DNA from: an uncultured Alphaproteobacteria bacterium
Lineage (GTDB): Bacteria; Pseudomonadota; Alphaproteobacteria; HIMB59; GCA-002718135
NCBI GenBank assembly: GCA_902530685.1
Contig: CACAAZ010000001.1
Span: forward strand, 31,090 to 95,089
Direction of reading: 5' to 3'
Length of the DNA stretch: 64,000 nucleotides
Shown piece after piece: positions 10,928 to 20,117 of the stretch (the first letter of the stretch is position 1; each line of letters opens with the position of its first letter). The notes beneath the pieces were generated by a model that worked only from the letters and a program-made list of their open reading frames with translations, had not been told where the DNA came from and searched no databases. The position numbers and the translations under genes were made by a program.

Positions 10928-12021
10928 TTTATGACCCCTCCAGAAATTGTTTTTTTTACACCTGTTGTATTCTTATTACTTATAGGAAGTTTTTTGTAAG
11001 ATCTTGCTCCGATATACCCAAACATTTGAGCTTCTACCAAATCACCATTAATATTGAATTCTTCAATATTAAAAATTTTTTTATTTATATTACTTTTTAA
11101 AATTTTAAGTAAAAAATTATTTTTTCTACCTCCTCCAGTAAGTATAATAATATCAAAATTTAATTTAATTTTATTTATTAAATGCTTAAAACCAAGGTAA
11201 GTCATATAGTTTGCTGTTGCCAATGCATCAAATTTATTTAACTTAATTAATTTTCTAAGATAATTATTAAAATAATTCCTATCTAAAGATTTTGGAAATT
11301 TTAATTTAAAAAATTTATCTTTTTTAAATTCATTTATAACAAAATTATTTATTTTACCCAGTTTTGCTAAATTTCCGTTTTTATCAAAATTTATTTTAAA
11401 AAAGTAATTACTTAAATCATCTAACAAGCAATTGGCAGGACCTATGTCAGAAGAAATTATTTTATTTGTTTTGATTGCTGAAAAATTTGCAATTCCTCCT
11501 AAATTAATGATTATAACTTTTTGTTTTATTTTATTTATTAAATATTTGTGATAGTAGCTTCCAATTGGCGCTCCTTCTCCACCTAATTTAATATCCTTGT
11601 CTCTAAAATTACTAATTGTTTTTATTTTTAACTTTTTTGCAATTTCTTTTCCATTACCTAACTGAATTGATAATTTTTCTTTTGGATTATGGTAAACAGT
11701 TTGCCCACTAATTGATATAAAATCAATATTTCTCTTGTTAATTTTATTTTGATTAATAAATTTTTCTAAATATTTTATATAGTTTGCATTAACTTTATGT
11801 TCAATTTTTTCAAAGTACTCTTTTTTTTTAATATTAATTTTTGGTTTATTTATTATTATTTTATTTAAAAAATCTTTATATAATTTCTCAAATTTATAAG
11901 ATTTTTCTTTGATTATCCTTACATAATTCGTACCATTTGTCCTTAGATAACTTATGTCAATTCCATCTATTGATGTACCTGTCATCACCCCAATTATATT
12001 AATTTTCTTTTTTGTACTCAT
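10915..12021 (-). CDS. anmK: Anhydro-N-acetylmuramic acid kinase
   Basis: GVMTGTSIDGIDIS N-terminal motif and ASKHA-type fold motifs. Convergent 13-nt overlap with the upstream gene. Confidence 0.85.
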   Translation of the reverse strand: MSTKKKINIIGVMTGTSIDGIDISYLRTNGTNYVRIIKEKSYKFEKLYKDFLNKIIINKPKINIKKKEYFEKIEHKVNANYIKYLEKFINQNKINKRNIDFISISGQTVYHNPKEKLSIQLGNGKEIAKKLKIKTISNFRDKDIKLGGEGAPIGSYYHKYLINKIKQKVIIINLGGIANFSAIKTNKIISSDIGPANCLLDDLSNYFFKINFDKNGNLAKLGKINNFVINEFKKDKFFKLKFPKSLDRNYFNNYLRKLIKLNKFDALATANYMTYLGFKHLINKIKLNFDIIILTGGGRKNNFLLKILKSNINKKIFNIEEFNINGDLVEAQMFGYIGARSYKKLPISNKNTTGVKKTISGGVINYPL

Positions 12022-12164
12022 TTTTGTAATCTAAAAAATTGAAATGATTTATTTTACACATCTTATTAACAATTGTATTAACAAAATTATAAATTTTATT
12101 TTTTTTTGTATTATTTTCATTTTTTTTTTATTGATAATTTATTTTTTTATTGATAAATTAATTT

Positions 12165-12278
12165 TAATTATCGCACGCAAAGGTGATAAGGAGATAAATA
12201 AGAGGAAACGAAGATTTATCTGAATCGGGAGGAAATGCACGGTTCAAAGAAAAAAGACCTAGCAATAGGTCTTTTTTT
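12165..12278 (+). ncRNA. Candidate small RNA / attenuator unit, copy 1 (unassigned family)
   Basis: A 114-nt unit repeated 218 nt downstream with 3 substitutions. 8-bp hairpin AGATAAAT/ATTTATCT with a 14-nt GGA-containing loop. SD-like AAGGAG and GGGAGGAA. Terminator-like stem AGACCTA/TAGGTCT plus T-run (12255-12278). TTGATA (12131-12136), 17 nt, then TAAATT upstream. Confidence 0.45.
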
Positions 12279-12382
12279 GATTCTAAACCTCATAAACTAT
12301 TAATCCACAAACATACTAACAATTTTTTTTACTAAATCATTTTTTCTATTGATATGTTTTTTTGGAAATAATAAGCTACTAA

Positions 12383-12497
12383 TAATTATTACACGCAAAG
12401 GTAATAAGGAGATAAATAAGAGGAAACGAAGATTTATCTGAATCGGGAGGAAATGCACGGTTCAAAGAAAAAAGACCTAGCAATAGGTCTTTTTTTT
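12383..12497 (+). ncRNA. Candidate small RNA / attenuator unit, copy 2
   Basis: Same unit as 12165-12278. Differs at the positions equivalent to 12172, 12173 and 12185. Has its own TTGATA (12349-12354), 17 nt, then TAAGCT. Terminator-like hairpin plus T-run at 12473-12497. Confidence 0.45.
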
Positions 12498-12554
12498 ATT
12501 TTTGGCCTTTTATTTTAATTGTTAAATCATAAAACTATGTGTAAAATGTAAATA

Positions 12555-12692
12555 ACGGGAGATACTGATTATTTCAGAGCCGAAGGAGCAACGACCCGGA
12601 AACTCTCAGGCAAATGGACCGTTAAAATTAAACTCTGGAAAAGAGCTTTGGCTCTACCGTAGGTGTAAAAACTCTCAGGTAAAAAGACAGAG
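12555..12692 (+). promoter_or_regulatory. Tandem glycine riboswitch (two aptamers) in the gcvT leader
   Basis: Aptamer 1: CGGGAGA...GCCGAAGGAGCAA...CUCUCAGGCAAAUGGACCG. Aptamer 2: CUCUGGAAAAG...ACCGUAGGUGUAAAAACUCUCAGGUAAAAAGACAGAG. Both carry the conserved glycine-riboswitch cores. Sits directly upstream of the gcvT SD/TTG start. Confidence 0.85.
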
Positions 12693-12712
12693 GGGTAACT
12701 TGGAGATATAAT

Positions 12713-13837
12713 TTGAAAGAGTTGCCTTTAGATATTCCTCTAAAAAACTTTCACGAGATCAATGGTGCTAAAATGGTTCCATTTGCAGGTTTTAATATGC
12801 CAATTAATTATAAGACAGGCATAATTAATGAACATAAAAATGTAAGAAATCACTCTGGTATTTTTGATGTAAGTCATATGGGGCAGATGTTACTAGAAGC
12901 TACTGATTTGCATATTAATAATTTAGAAAAATATATTCCATTAAAATTAAAAAATTTAAGAAACAATAGATCAAACTATACATTTTTACTTAATGATAAT
13001 GGTGGTGTAGTGGATGATTTAATTGTTTCTTTAATAGATATAAATAGAAAATCTTTTTTATACATTGTCTACAATGCATCTAGAAAAAATGAAGATGAAA
13101 AAATTTTTTTTAAATGTGCTCCTAACGCTGAAATTTTACACGTCAAAAACTGTTTATTTGCAATTCAAGGTCCAGAATCTATTGAAGTTCTTAATAATGT
13201 AATTGAAATTCCAGTTGATATGCATTTTTTAGATATTGATGTATTAAAGTATAAAAATAATTCTATAATTGTTAGTAGATCTGGTTATACAGGTGAAGAT
13301 GGATTTGAAATTTCTATATCTACAGATCAAGCTGAAATATTCGTAAAAGATTTATTAGAAAATAAAAATACTATGCTTTGCGGTTTAGGATCAAGAGATT
13401 CATTAAGATTAGAAGCTGGATTGAGTTTATATGGTCACGAATTAAATGAAAACATTACACCAATTGAAGCAGGATTATCATGGGCGCTAGATAAAGATCG
13501 CTTAAATGATACTGCACTAAATGGCAATAAAATATTATTAAATCAATTACATAATAAACCTTTAAATAAAAAAATTGGATTAATTTCAGTTAACAGATCA
13601 ATGTTAAGAGATGGAATGATTCTATTTGATCGTAATAAAAATAATATTGGTAAAATTACGAGTGGTTGTTTTAGTCCAAATCTAAATAAATCAATAGGTA
13701 TTGGATATTTAAATTTAAATTTTGATGAAGAAAAAGAAATTTTTTGTGAAATTAGAAATAAAATGGAATTAGTAAAAAAAACTAATCTACCATTTGTTAA
13801 AAAAAATTATAAAAAAAATGGGAGTTATAATGAGTGA
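12713..13837 (+). CDS. gcvT: Glycine cleavage system T protein (aminomethyltransferase)
   Basis: TTG start after SD GGAG. GAKMVPFAGFNMP.NY, FDVSHMG and SRSGYTGEDGFEIS motifs. Confidence 0.9.
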   Translation: MKELPLDIPLKNFHEINGAKMVPFAGFNMPINYKTGIINEHKNVRNHSGIFDVSHMGQMLLEATDLHINNLEKYIPLKLKNLRNNRSNYTFLLNDNGGVVDDLIVSLIDINRKSFLYIVYNASRKNEDEKIFFKCAPNAEILHVKNCLFAIQGPESIEVLNNVIEIPVDMHFLDIDVLKYKNNSIIVSRSGYTGEDGFEISISTDQAEIFVKDLLENKNTMLCGLGSRDSLRLEAGLSLYGHELNENITPIEAGLSWALDKDRLNDTALNGNKILLNQLHNKPLNKKIGLISVNRSMLRDGMILFDRNKNNIGKITSGCFSPNLNKSIGIGYLNLNFDEEKEIFCEIRNKMELVKKTNLPFVKKNYKKNGSYNE

Positions 13838-14201
13838 AAAAAAATACACAAAAGATCATGAATGGGTTTCGATTGATAATGGTATAGCTACTGTTGGTAT
13901 ATCTAATCATGCACAAGAAAGCTTAGGTGATATAGTTTTCATAGAGTTGCCGTCAGTAGGTAAATCTGTCAATTCAAAGGAAGAAATATGTGTAGTAGAG
14001 TCAGTTAAAGCCGCTTCAGATATTTACGCACCAATTGATGGTGAAATCATAGAAGTTAATAATAGTTTAGAGGGTGACGCTGCGATTATAAATCAAGACG
14101 CAGAAAATACAGGATGGATTTTTAAAATGAGAGTTTCAAATCCTAGTCAATATGATGAGCTAATGACTGGAGATGACTATAAAAAATTTCTGGAGGAGTA
14201 A
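13830..14201 (+). CDS. gcvH: Glycine cleavage system H protein
   Basis: Start moved to the ATG at 13830 (SD GGGAG at 13820-13824), since the ORF-track start at 13794 lies inside gcvT. YTKDHEW and the lipoyl-lysine motif VESVKAASD. Confidence 0.9.
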   Translation: MSEKKYTKDHEWVSIDNGIATVGISNHAQESLGDIVFIELPSVGKSVNSKEEICVVESVKAASDIYAPIDGEIIEVNNSLEGDAAIINQDAENTGWIFKMRVSNPSQYDELMTGDDYKKFLEE

Positions 14202-17054
14202 ATGATAGACACAGATAAATTTGCAAGTAGACATATCGGCCCTAGAAATAAAGATATTATTGAAATGCTTGAAATTATTGGTTGTAAATCATTAGATGAC
14301 TTAATAAAAAAAACTGTACCAGATCATATAATTTTAAATGATAAACTTAAATTAAGACCTGGAATGTCTGAAGAATTTAATAAAACTAATACACAACTTT
14401 TGTCTTTGAAAAATAATTTTAAGAAGACTTATATAGGAATGGGTTATTATAATACAACTACTCCAAGTGTTATTCTTAGAAATATACTTGAAAACCCTGG
14501 ATGGTATACTGCTTATACTCCTTATCAACCTGAGGTAAGTCAGGGTAGATTAGAAATGTTAATGAATTTCCAACAAATGATAATTGATTTAACAGGCATG
14601 GATATCGCTAACGCTTCTTTATTAGATGAAAGTACTGCAGTAGCTGAGGCTATGATGATGGCTTTTAAAATTAAAAAAAGTGCAAAGTTTACTTTTTGTA
14701 TTCAAAATAAATGTCATCCACAAACACTATCTGTTTTAAAAACAAGAGCTAAGCCTCTAGGTATAAAAATAATTTATGATAAGCCAGACAATGATACATT
14801 TGGTTGTTTAATTCAAAATCCAGATACATACGGAGAAATTGCAAATCTCAAAGATTTAATAAACACAAATAAATCGCACAATGTGTTATCAATCATAGCA
14901 GCTGATATAATGAGTTTGGTAGTTATGAAATCACCAAAAGATTTTGGAGCTGATATAGTAGTTGGTAGTACACAAAGGTTTGGAGTTCCAATGGGTCTAG
15001 GAGGCCCTCATGCAGCATATTTTGCAACATTAGATGAATATAAAAGAATGATACCTGGAAGACTAATAGGTGTGTCAGTTGATCGTACAAATAAAAGATC
15101 CTACAGAATGGCTCTTCAAACGCGTGAACAGCACATTAGAAGAGAAAAGGCTACAAGTAATATATGTACTGCACAGGCTTTATTAGCAATTATATCTGCT
15201 TCGTATGCAATATATCATGGCCCAACTAGATTAAAAAATATTGCTGAGGACATTCACTATAAATCTAGATATTTAAAGAAATCATTGGAGATATTAAATT
15301 TTGAAGTAAAGTCAAAAAATTATTTTGATACTTTATTAATAAAAGATATAAATTCTAAATACTGGGTTAATAAATCTATAGACAATGGTATAAATTTTAG
15401 ATTTGTAAATAATGATCATTTTTCTATCTCCTTAGATGAAACTACATCACTACAAGATGTAGATAATTTAATTAAATTTTTTAATGAAAAGAATAATGAA
15501 ATATACGTGGAAGAAATTGAAAGTAAAATAGACGATTCTATTTTCAAAAGTGATTTAGAAAGAAAAGATAAAATATTAACCCATCCAGTATTTAATATCT
15601 ATCATTCTGAAACAGAAATGATGAGATATTTAAAAAAACTAGAAAATAAAGATGTCGCTTTAAATAGATCAATGATACCTCTTGGATCTTGCACTATGAA
15701 ATTAAATGCAGCATCTGAAATGCTTCCAATTACTTTACCAGGTTTTTCAAACGCACATCCATTTTTAGAACCTCATCAACGTGAGGGATATAATGAAATG
15801 ATGAGTGAATTAATATCGATGTTAAAAGATATTACTGGTTTTGATGCAGTTTCACTTCAACCTAATGCAGGAGCACAAGGTGAGTTTGCTGGTTTATTAG
15901 CTATTCAAAAATATCATGAAAAAAATTCTGATACTAAAAGAAATATTTGTATAATTCCTAAAAGTGCACACGGAACTAATCCAGCCAGTGCACAAATGTG
16001 TGGTATGGATATTTTAATCGTAAACTGTGATGACAAAGGTAATGTTGATTTAACTCACTTAGATAAAAAAATTGAAGAGGCGGGTGATAAACTCTCAGCT
16101 TTAATGATTACTTATCCATCAACTCATGGTGTATTTGAAGAGAGTATTGTTGAGATTTGTAAAAAAATTCATGATGCTGGTGGGCAAGTATATCTAGATG
16201 GTGCTAACTATAATGCAATGGTTGGTGTAGCTAAACCAGGTAAATTTGGACCTGATGTATGCCATATGAATCTCCATAAGACATTTTGCATACCTCATGG
16301 AGGAGGCGGTCCAGGAGTTGGCGCTATAGGATTAAAAAAACATTTAGCAGATTTTGCTCCCGGGCATCCTATTTTTAAAAATGAAATAGGTTTAACCAAT
16401 CAGGAGGCAGTTTCAGCTGCACCTTGGGGCAGTGCATCTATTTTACCTATTTCATATTCTTATATTTCTATGATGGGTGACGATGGTTTAAAATTAGCAA
16501 CTCAAGTAGCAATATTGAATGCTAATTATATTAAAGAAAGATTAAAAAATTATTACCCTATTTTATATACCGGTAAGAATAATATGGTAGCGCATGAATT
16601 TATTATTGATATCAGACCATTTAAACAAGAATTAAATATTTCAGATGAAGATATTGCAAAAAGATTAATTGATTACGGATTTCACGCTCCTACAATGTCC
16701 TTTCCTGTTCCCGGTACTCTTATGATTGAGCCTACTGAAAGTGAATCAAAAGAGGAATTAGATAGATTTTGTGAAGCAATGATTTCTATTCACAATGAAA
16801 TCACTATGATTAGAGATGGTAAATTTGATAAAGTAGACAATCCTATTAAAAATGCCCCACATACAATTGAAGAAGTATCTTCTGATAATTGGGATCACAA
16901 ATATTCCCGTAAAGACGCTGCATACCCACATGCTTATTTAATTAATAATAAATACTGGAGTCCAGTGAGTAGAATTGATAATGTATATGGCGATAGAAAT
17001 TTATTTTGTGTTTGTCCTCCAATTGATGAATATGAAGAGATTAAAGCAGGATAA
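14202..17054 (+). CDS. gcvP: Glycine dehydrogenase (decarboxylating), single-chain P protein
   Basis: 950 aa. NPGWYTAYTPYQPE.SQGRLE, the HLNLHKTFCIPHGGGGPG PLP-lysine region (here HMNLHKTF), and a full-length alpha+beta fusion. Confidence 0.95.
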   Translation: MIDTDKFASRHIGPRNKDIIEMLEIIGCKSLDDLIKKTVPDHIILNDKLKLRPGMSEEFNKTNTQLLSLKNNFKKTYIGMGYYNTTTPSVILRNILENPGWYTAYTPYQPEVSQGRLEMLMNFQQMIIDLTGMDIANASLLDESTAVAEAMMMAFKIKKSAKFTFCIQNKCHPQTLSVLKTRAKPLGIKIIYDKPDNDTFGCLIQNPDTYGEIANLKDLINTNKSHNVLSIIAADIMSLVVMKSPKDFGADIVVGSTQRFGVPMGLGGPHAAYFATLDEYKRMIPGRLIGVSVDRTNKRSYRMALQTREQHIRREKATSNICTAQALLAIISASYAIYHGPTRLKNIAEDIHYKSRYLKKSLEILNFEVKSKNYFDTLLIKDINSKYWVNKSIDNGINFRFVNNDHFSISLDETTSLQDVDNLIKFFNEKNNEIYVEEIESKIDDSIFKSDLERKDKILTHPVFNIYHSETEMMRYLKKLENKDVALNRSMIPLGSCTMKLNAASEMLPITLPGFSNAHPFLEPHQREGYNEMMSELISMLKDITGFDAVSLQPNAGAQGEFAGLLAIQKYHEKNSDTKRNICIIPKSAHGTNPASAQMCGMDILIVNCDDKGNVDLTHLDKKIEEAGDKLSALMITYPSTHGVFEESIVEICKKIHDAGGQVYLDGANYNAMVGVAKPGKFGPDVCHMNLHKTFCIPHGGGGPGVGAIGLKKHLADFAPGHPIFKNEIGLTNQEAVSAAPWGSASILPISYSYISMMGDDGLKLATQVAILNANYIKERLKNYYPILYTGKNNMVAHEFIIDIRPFKQELNISDEDIAKRLIDYGFHAPTMSFPVPGTLMIEPTESESKEELDRFCEAMISIHNEITMIRDGKFDKVDNPIKNAPHTIEEVSSDNWDHKYSRKDAAYPHAYLINNKYWSPVSRIDNVYGDRNLFCVCPPIDEYEEIKAG

Positions 17055-17095
17055 TTATTATTTATCAATTATTTAAAATATTAATTTAATAATAT

Positions 17096-18124
17096 ATGAT
17101 TTATTTTAATCTGATTTTAGTTTTTTTAGTATTAGTTGCAATACATGAGTACGGTCATTATATAGTTGCGAGATTGTTTAAAGCTGAAGTTACGGATTTC
17201 TCAATTGGATTTGGTAAACCACTTTTAAAATTTACAGATAAAAATGGCACTACGTGGAAATTATCTCCAATTCCATTGGGTGGCTATGTAAAAATCAAAG
17301 GTCTTGATAATATATTTTCTCCAAACCCTAACAATGAAAAGGGATCCTTTCAATCCCTTACACTTTTTCAAAAAATATTAGTACTTTTAGCAGGAAGTGT
17401 TTTTAATATTCTTAGTGCTTGGTTTTCTCTTTTCTGCATTTTTTTCTTTTTTGGAATTGTTAGTTTAATGCCGATTATTGGATCAGTTAGCGAAAATTCA
17501 TCGGCATTTGAAAATGATCTTAGAGAAGGAGATAAAATACTCGAAATAAATAATATAAGTATTAAAGAATTTTCTGATATCCCAAAAGCAATTGCAAATA
17601 ACCAAAGTATAAATATCTTAATAAAAAGAAATACTCAGATAATTGAAAAAAATTTTGATCTAAAATTTAATGAAGAATTAAATAGGTACATTATCGGAAT
17701 ATCTTCACCTCAAAATCCTATTATTGATAAGTATAATTTAATTGATTCAATTAAGAACTCATCTTTATTTATACCTACATATTATGCTGCTTCTTTTTCA
17801 TTTCTTCAGCAATCTTATAAAGAAAATACATTAGGAGATCAGTTAGCTGGACCAATAGGGATAGTTAAAAATGCAGATCAAATGATGCTAGATCAGATTA
17901 GAGGAGTTCTATTTTTATTTATTGTTATATCTTTGTTTGTAGGATTATTTAATTTGCTTCCTATTCCTCTTTTAGATGGTGGTCACATAATGTATTTTAT
18001 TATTAGAAGAATTTTTTCAAACTCTCTTCCTGAGTATATTACAAGAGTTTATTTGGCTGTGGGGATAACAATAATATCTTTTCTTTTTATAGTTGTGACT
18101 TACAACGATATTTTTTATAAATAA
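17096..18124 (+). CDS. rseP: RseP-type site-2 zinc metalloprotease (M50)
   Basis: HEYGHY zinc motif, central PDZ-like segment, NLLPIPLLDGGH motif. Confidence 0.85.
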   Translation: MIYFNLILVFLVLVAIHEYGHYIVARLFKAEVTDFSIGFGKPLLKFTDKNGTTWKLSPIPLGGYVKIKGLDNIFSPNPNNEKGSFQSLTLFQKILVLLAGSVFNILSAWFSLFCIFFFFGIVSLMPIIGSVSENSSAFENDLREGDKILEINNISIKEFSDIPKAIANNQSINILIKRNTQIIEKNFDLKFNEELNRYIIGISSPQNPIIDKYNLIDSIKNSSLFIPTYYAASFSFLQQSYKENTLGDQLAGPIGIVKNADQMMLDQIRGVLFLFIVISLFVGLFNLLPIPLLDGGHIMYFIIRRIFSNSLPEYITRVYLAVGITIISFLFIVVTYNDIFYK

Positions 18125-18142
18125 ATATTATTGGGAGATAAA

Positions 18143-18511
18143 ATGACAAATTTTGAAAAAGTAAAAGAATTTATGACAACTTTTGGTCAAGAAGTTAAAA
18201 ATAATCCAGAATTTCCAAATGATAAAATTGTAGAATTAAGAAAAAAGCTTATTGACGAAGAGTTTAACGAATTAAAAGATGCTATAAGTGATAATGATAT
18301 TGTTGAAGTAGCTGACGCACTAACCGATATATTAGTTGTTACTTATGGAGCTGGTGCTGCTTTTGGTATAGATTTAGATAAATGTTTTGAAGAGGTGCAC
18401 CGCAGCAATATGAGTAAATTATCTGAGGAAGGTAAACCCATTTATAATGAATTTGGAAAGGTAATGAAGGGCCCTAACTATTCACCTCCAGATTTAAAAA
18501 AAATTATCTAA
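18143..18511 (+). CDS. MazG-like nucleotide pyrophosphohydrolase (small all-alpha NTP-PPase)
   Basis: Start moved to the ATG at 18143 after SD GGGAGA. E..EL..A......E.AD...D pattern (EEFNELKDA...VEVADALTDIL) typical of the MazG/HisE superfamily. Confidence 0.65.
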   Translation: MTNFEKVKEFMTTFGQEVKNNPEFPNDKIVELRKKLIDEEFNELKDAISDNDIVEVADALTDILVVTYGAGAAFGIDLDKCFEEVHRSNMSKLSEEGKPIYNEFGKVMKGPNYSPPDLKKII

Positions 18512-18546
18512 AAAAAATAAATATAAAATATTATCTTATAATTTTT

Positions 18547-20085
18547 ATGAATTCTTTAAAAAATACATTGATCTTATTATTACTTATAACTTATAATTCA
18601 TCTGTAAATTCAGAAAATATCAATAATATAAAAAGTATCTTAAAAGTTGAATTTTTTGGTAACTATATTCCTAAAGAAGCAAAAATAAATTCTTCTTTAG
18701 GATCATTTTATTTCTTACCATCTGATTTATTTCAAAGGAATCATAAATCAAAAAATAATCAGGTATATTTTATTAATCATATGGCTTTTGGTAATTTAGA
18801 TAATGATGGAATTACCGATCTTATCATGTCTTACGAAATGGAAGTATGCCCAGGTAAACTTAGATTATCTTCTGTTGGAGTTCCTACATGTGAAGTAGAG
18901 GAAGGAGGAACAAAATATCTAAATTTTTCAGCTTTTACTGTTACTGAGCAAACTCGAAACAATATTAATAAAAAATTTAAACAATTTTCTTATTTAGGAA
19001 GAAATTGTCAGCGCCCAATTTTAGCTGATTTCAATTCTGATAGTATTGATGATGTTTACTGTCCTAGCGCATATGGACATATGTTTAATGACAATTTTTA
19101 TTTTGGCGGTGCTGATGCTGTATTTATATCAAATCAAAATGGAGAATGGATTCAAACTAAAGAAATAGGTGATATGGTAGATGATAAAACTGGTTTGTAT
19201 CAAGGATTTTCTCATGGTGTTACTGTAAATGATATTGATGATGATGGAGATTTAGACATTATAACACCACATATTAAGTGGGAAAAAACTAAGGGCGGAG
19301 GAAAAATTTATTGTCACTTTAATGATGGAGAAGGTAATTTTAATGTAAAACATTGTGCTGACCAATTAGCTTTTGCTGTGACTACTGGGGATTACAACGG
19401 TGATGGAATTGTTGATTTGATTGCTAGTGGAGGATGGTTTGAAAAAAAATTATATTCACATAATTCTAGCAAGAAACATAATAATACGGTAGTTTTATTT
19501 GGTGATGGAAAAGGAAATTTTAAAAATGGATGGAAGAAAATTCCACCTGCATATGATATATATGGTTCAAAATACATGTTTACATCCGTTGTAGATTTAG
19601 TGTCATGGGATTTTGATAGAGATGGTGACTTAGATATTTCTGGAACAACTGTTGGACCTCTTTATGCGGGTGGTACGCATACTATTTGGTCTAATGATGG
19701 TAATGGAAATTTTACTATTGCTGATCAAATTCCAATGATACCTGGTAAAAAAGAATGGGCATCAATAAAAGCTTGGAAAAATGAAATAAGATCTGAAAGT
19801 AATCCTTATAATTCTTATTGTGGACATACCATATTAATAGATATTAATGATGATAACTTAATGGATATGTATTGCGATAGTCCAACTCAAGATAGACACA
19901 GTGGCTGGATTTTTTTAAACAAAGGTGAACTTATTTTTGAAAAAATCTCACCATATAAAGCTTGGAAAAAGGGATGGACTAATTATTATATAGATATATC
20001 AGGTGGTCCCGAAGAAGAATTTATTGGTTACAGTGATAAGGATTTCTTTGAAACACATTGGTACTATAAATCAAATTTTAATTGA
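18547..20085 (+). CDS. Secreted FG-GAP/VCBS repeat protein
   Basis: Signal peptide. Repeated Ca-binding loops DNDGITDL, DIDDDGDLDI, GDYNGDGIVDL, DFDRDGDLDI, DINDDNLMDM. Confidence 0.65.
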   Translation: MNSLKNTLILLLLITYNSSVNSENINNIKSILKVEFFGNYIPKEAKINSSLGSFYFLPSDLFQRNHKSKNNQVYFINHMAFGNLDNDGITDLIMSYEMEVCPGKLRLSSVGVPTCEVEEGGTKYLNFSAFTVTEQTRNNINKKFKQFSYLGRNCQRPILADFNSDSIDDVYCPSAYGHMFNDNFYFGGADAVFISNQNGEWIQTKEIGDMVDDKTGLYQGFSHGVTVNDIDDDGDLDIITPHIKWEKTKGGGKIYCHFNDGEGNFNVKHCADQLAFAVTTGDYNGDGIVDLIASGGWFEKKLYSHNSSKKHNNTVVLFGDGKGNFKNGWKKIPPAYDIYGSKYMFTSVVDLVSWDFDRDGDLDISGTTVGPLYAGGTHTIWSNDGNGNFTIADQIPMIPGKKEWASIKAWKNEIRSESNPYNSYCGHTILIDINDDNLMDMYCDSPTQDRHSGWIFLNKGELIFEKISPYKAWKKGWTNYYIDISGGPEEEFIGYSDKDFFETHWYYKSNFN

Positions 20086-20117
20086 TTATAAAATATTTAT
20101 TTAGACATTAAATAAAA

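Noticed and set aside
12165-12497. Assigning the tandem RNA units to a known riboswitch or RNA class (c-di-GMP-I ACGCAAAG-like start, ZTP/pfl, glnA/glutamine, THF, SRP RNA, CsrB/RsmZ).
   Set aside because: Only short fragments resemble these consensus sequences as I remember them (CACGCAAAGG, ACGAAG, GGGAGGAAAUGCACGG). The required pairing partners (P1 stems, pseudoknots) are not present in this purine-rich sequence. I left the units unassigned rather than force a name.
12165-12497. Reading the tandem units on the minus strand as AbcR-like anti-SD sRNAs with CU-rich loops (UUCCUCCC, CUUCGUUUCCUCUU).
   Set aside because: On the minus strand the terminator hairpin would precede each body rather than follow it, and the TTGATA-17-TAA..T promoter fits the plus strand. 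The idea is not fully excluded, because the hairpin is flanked by an A-run and a T-run and so could act in both directions.
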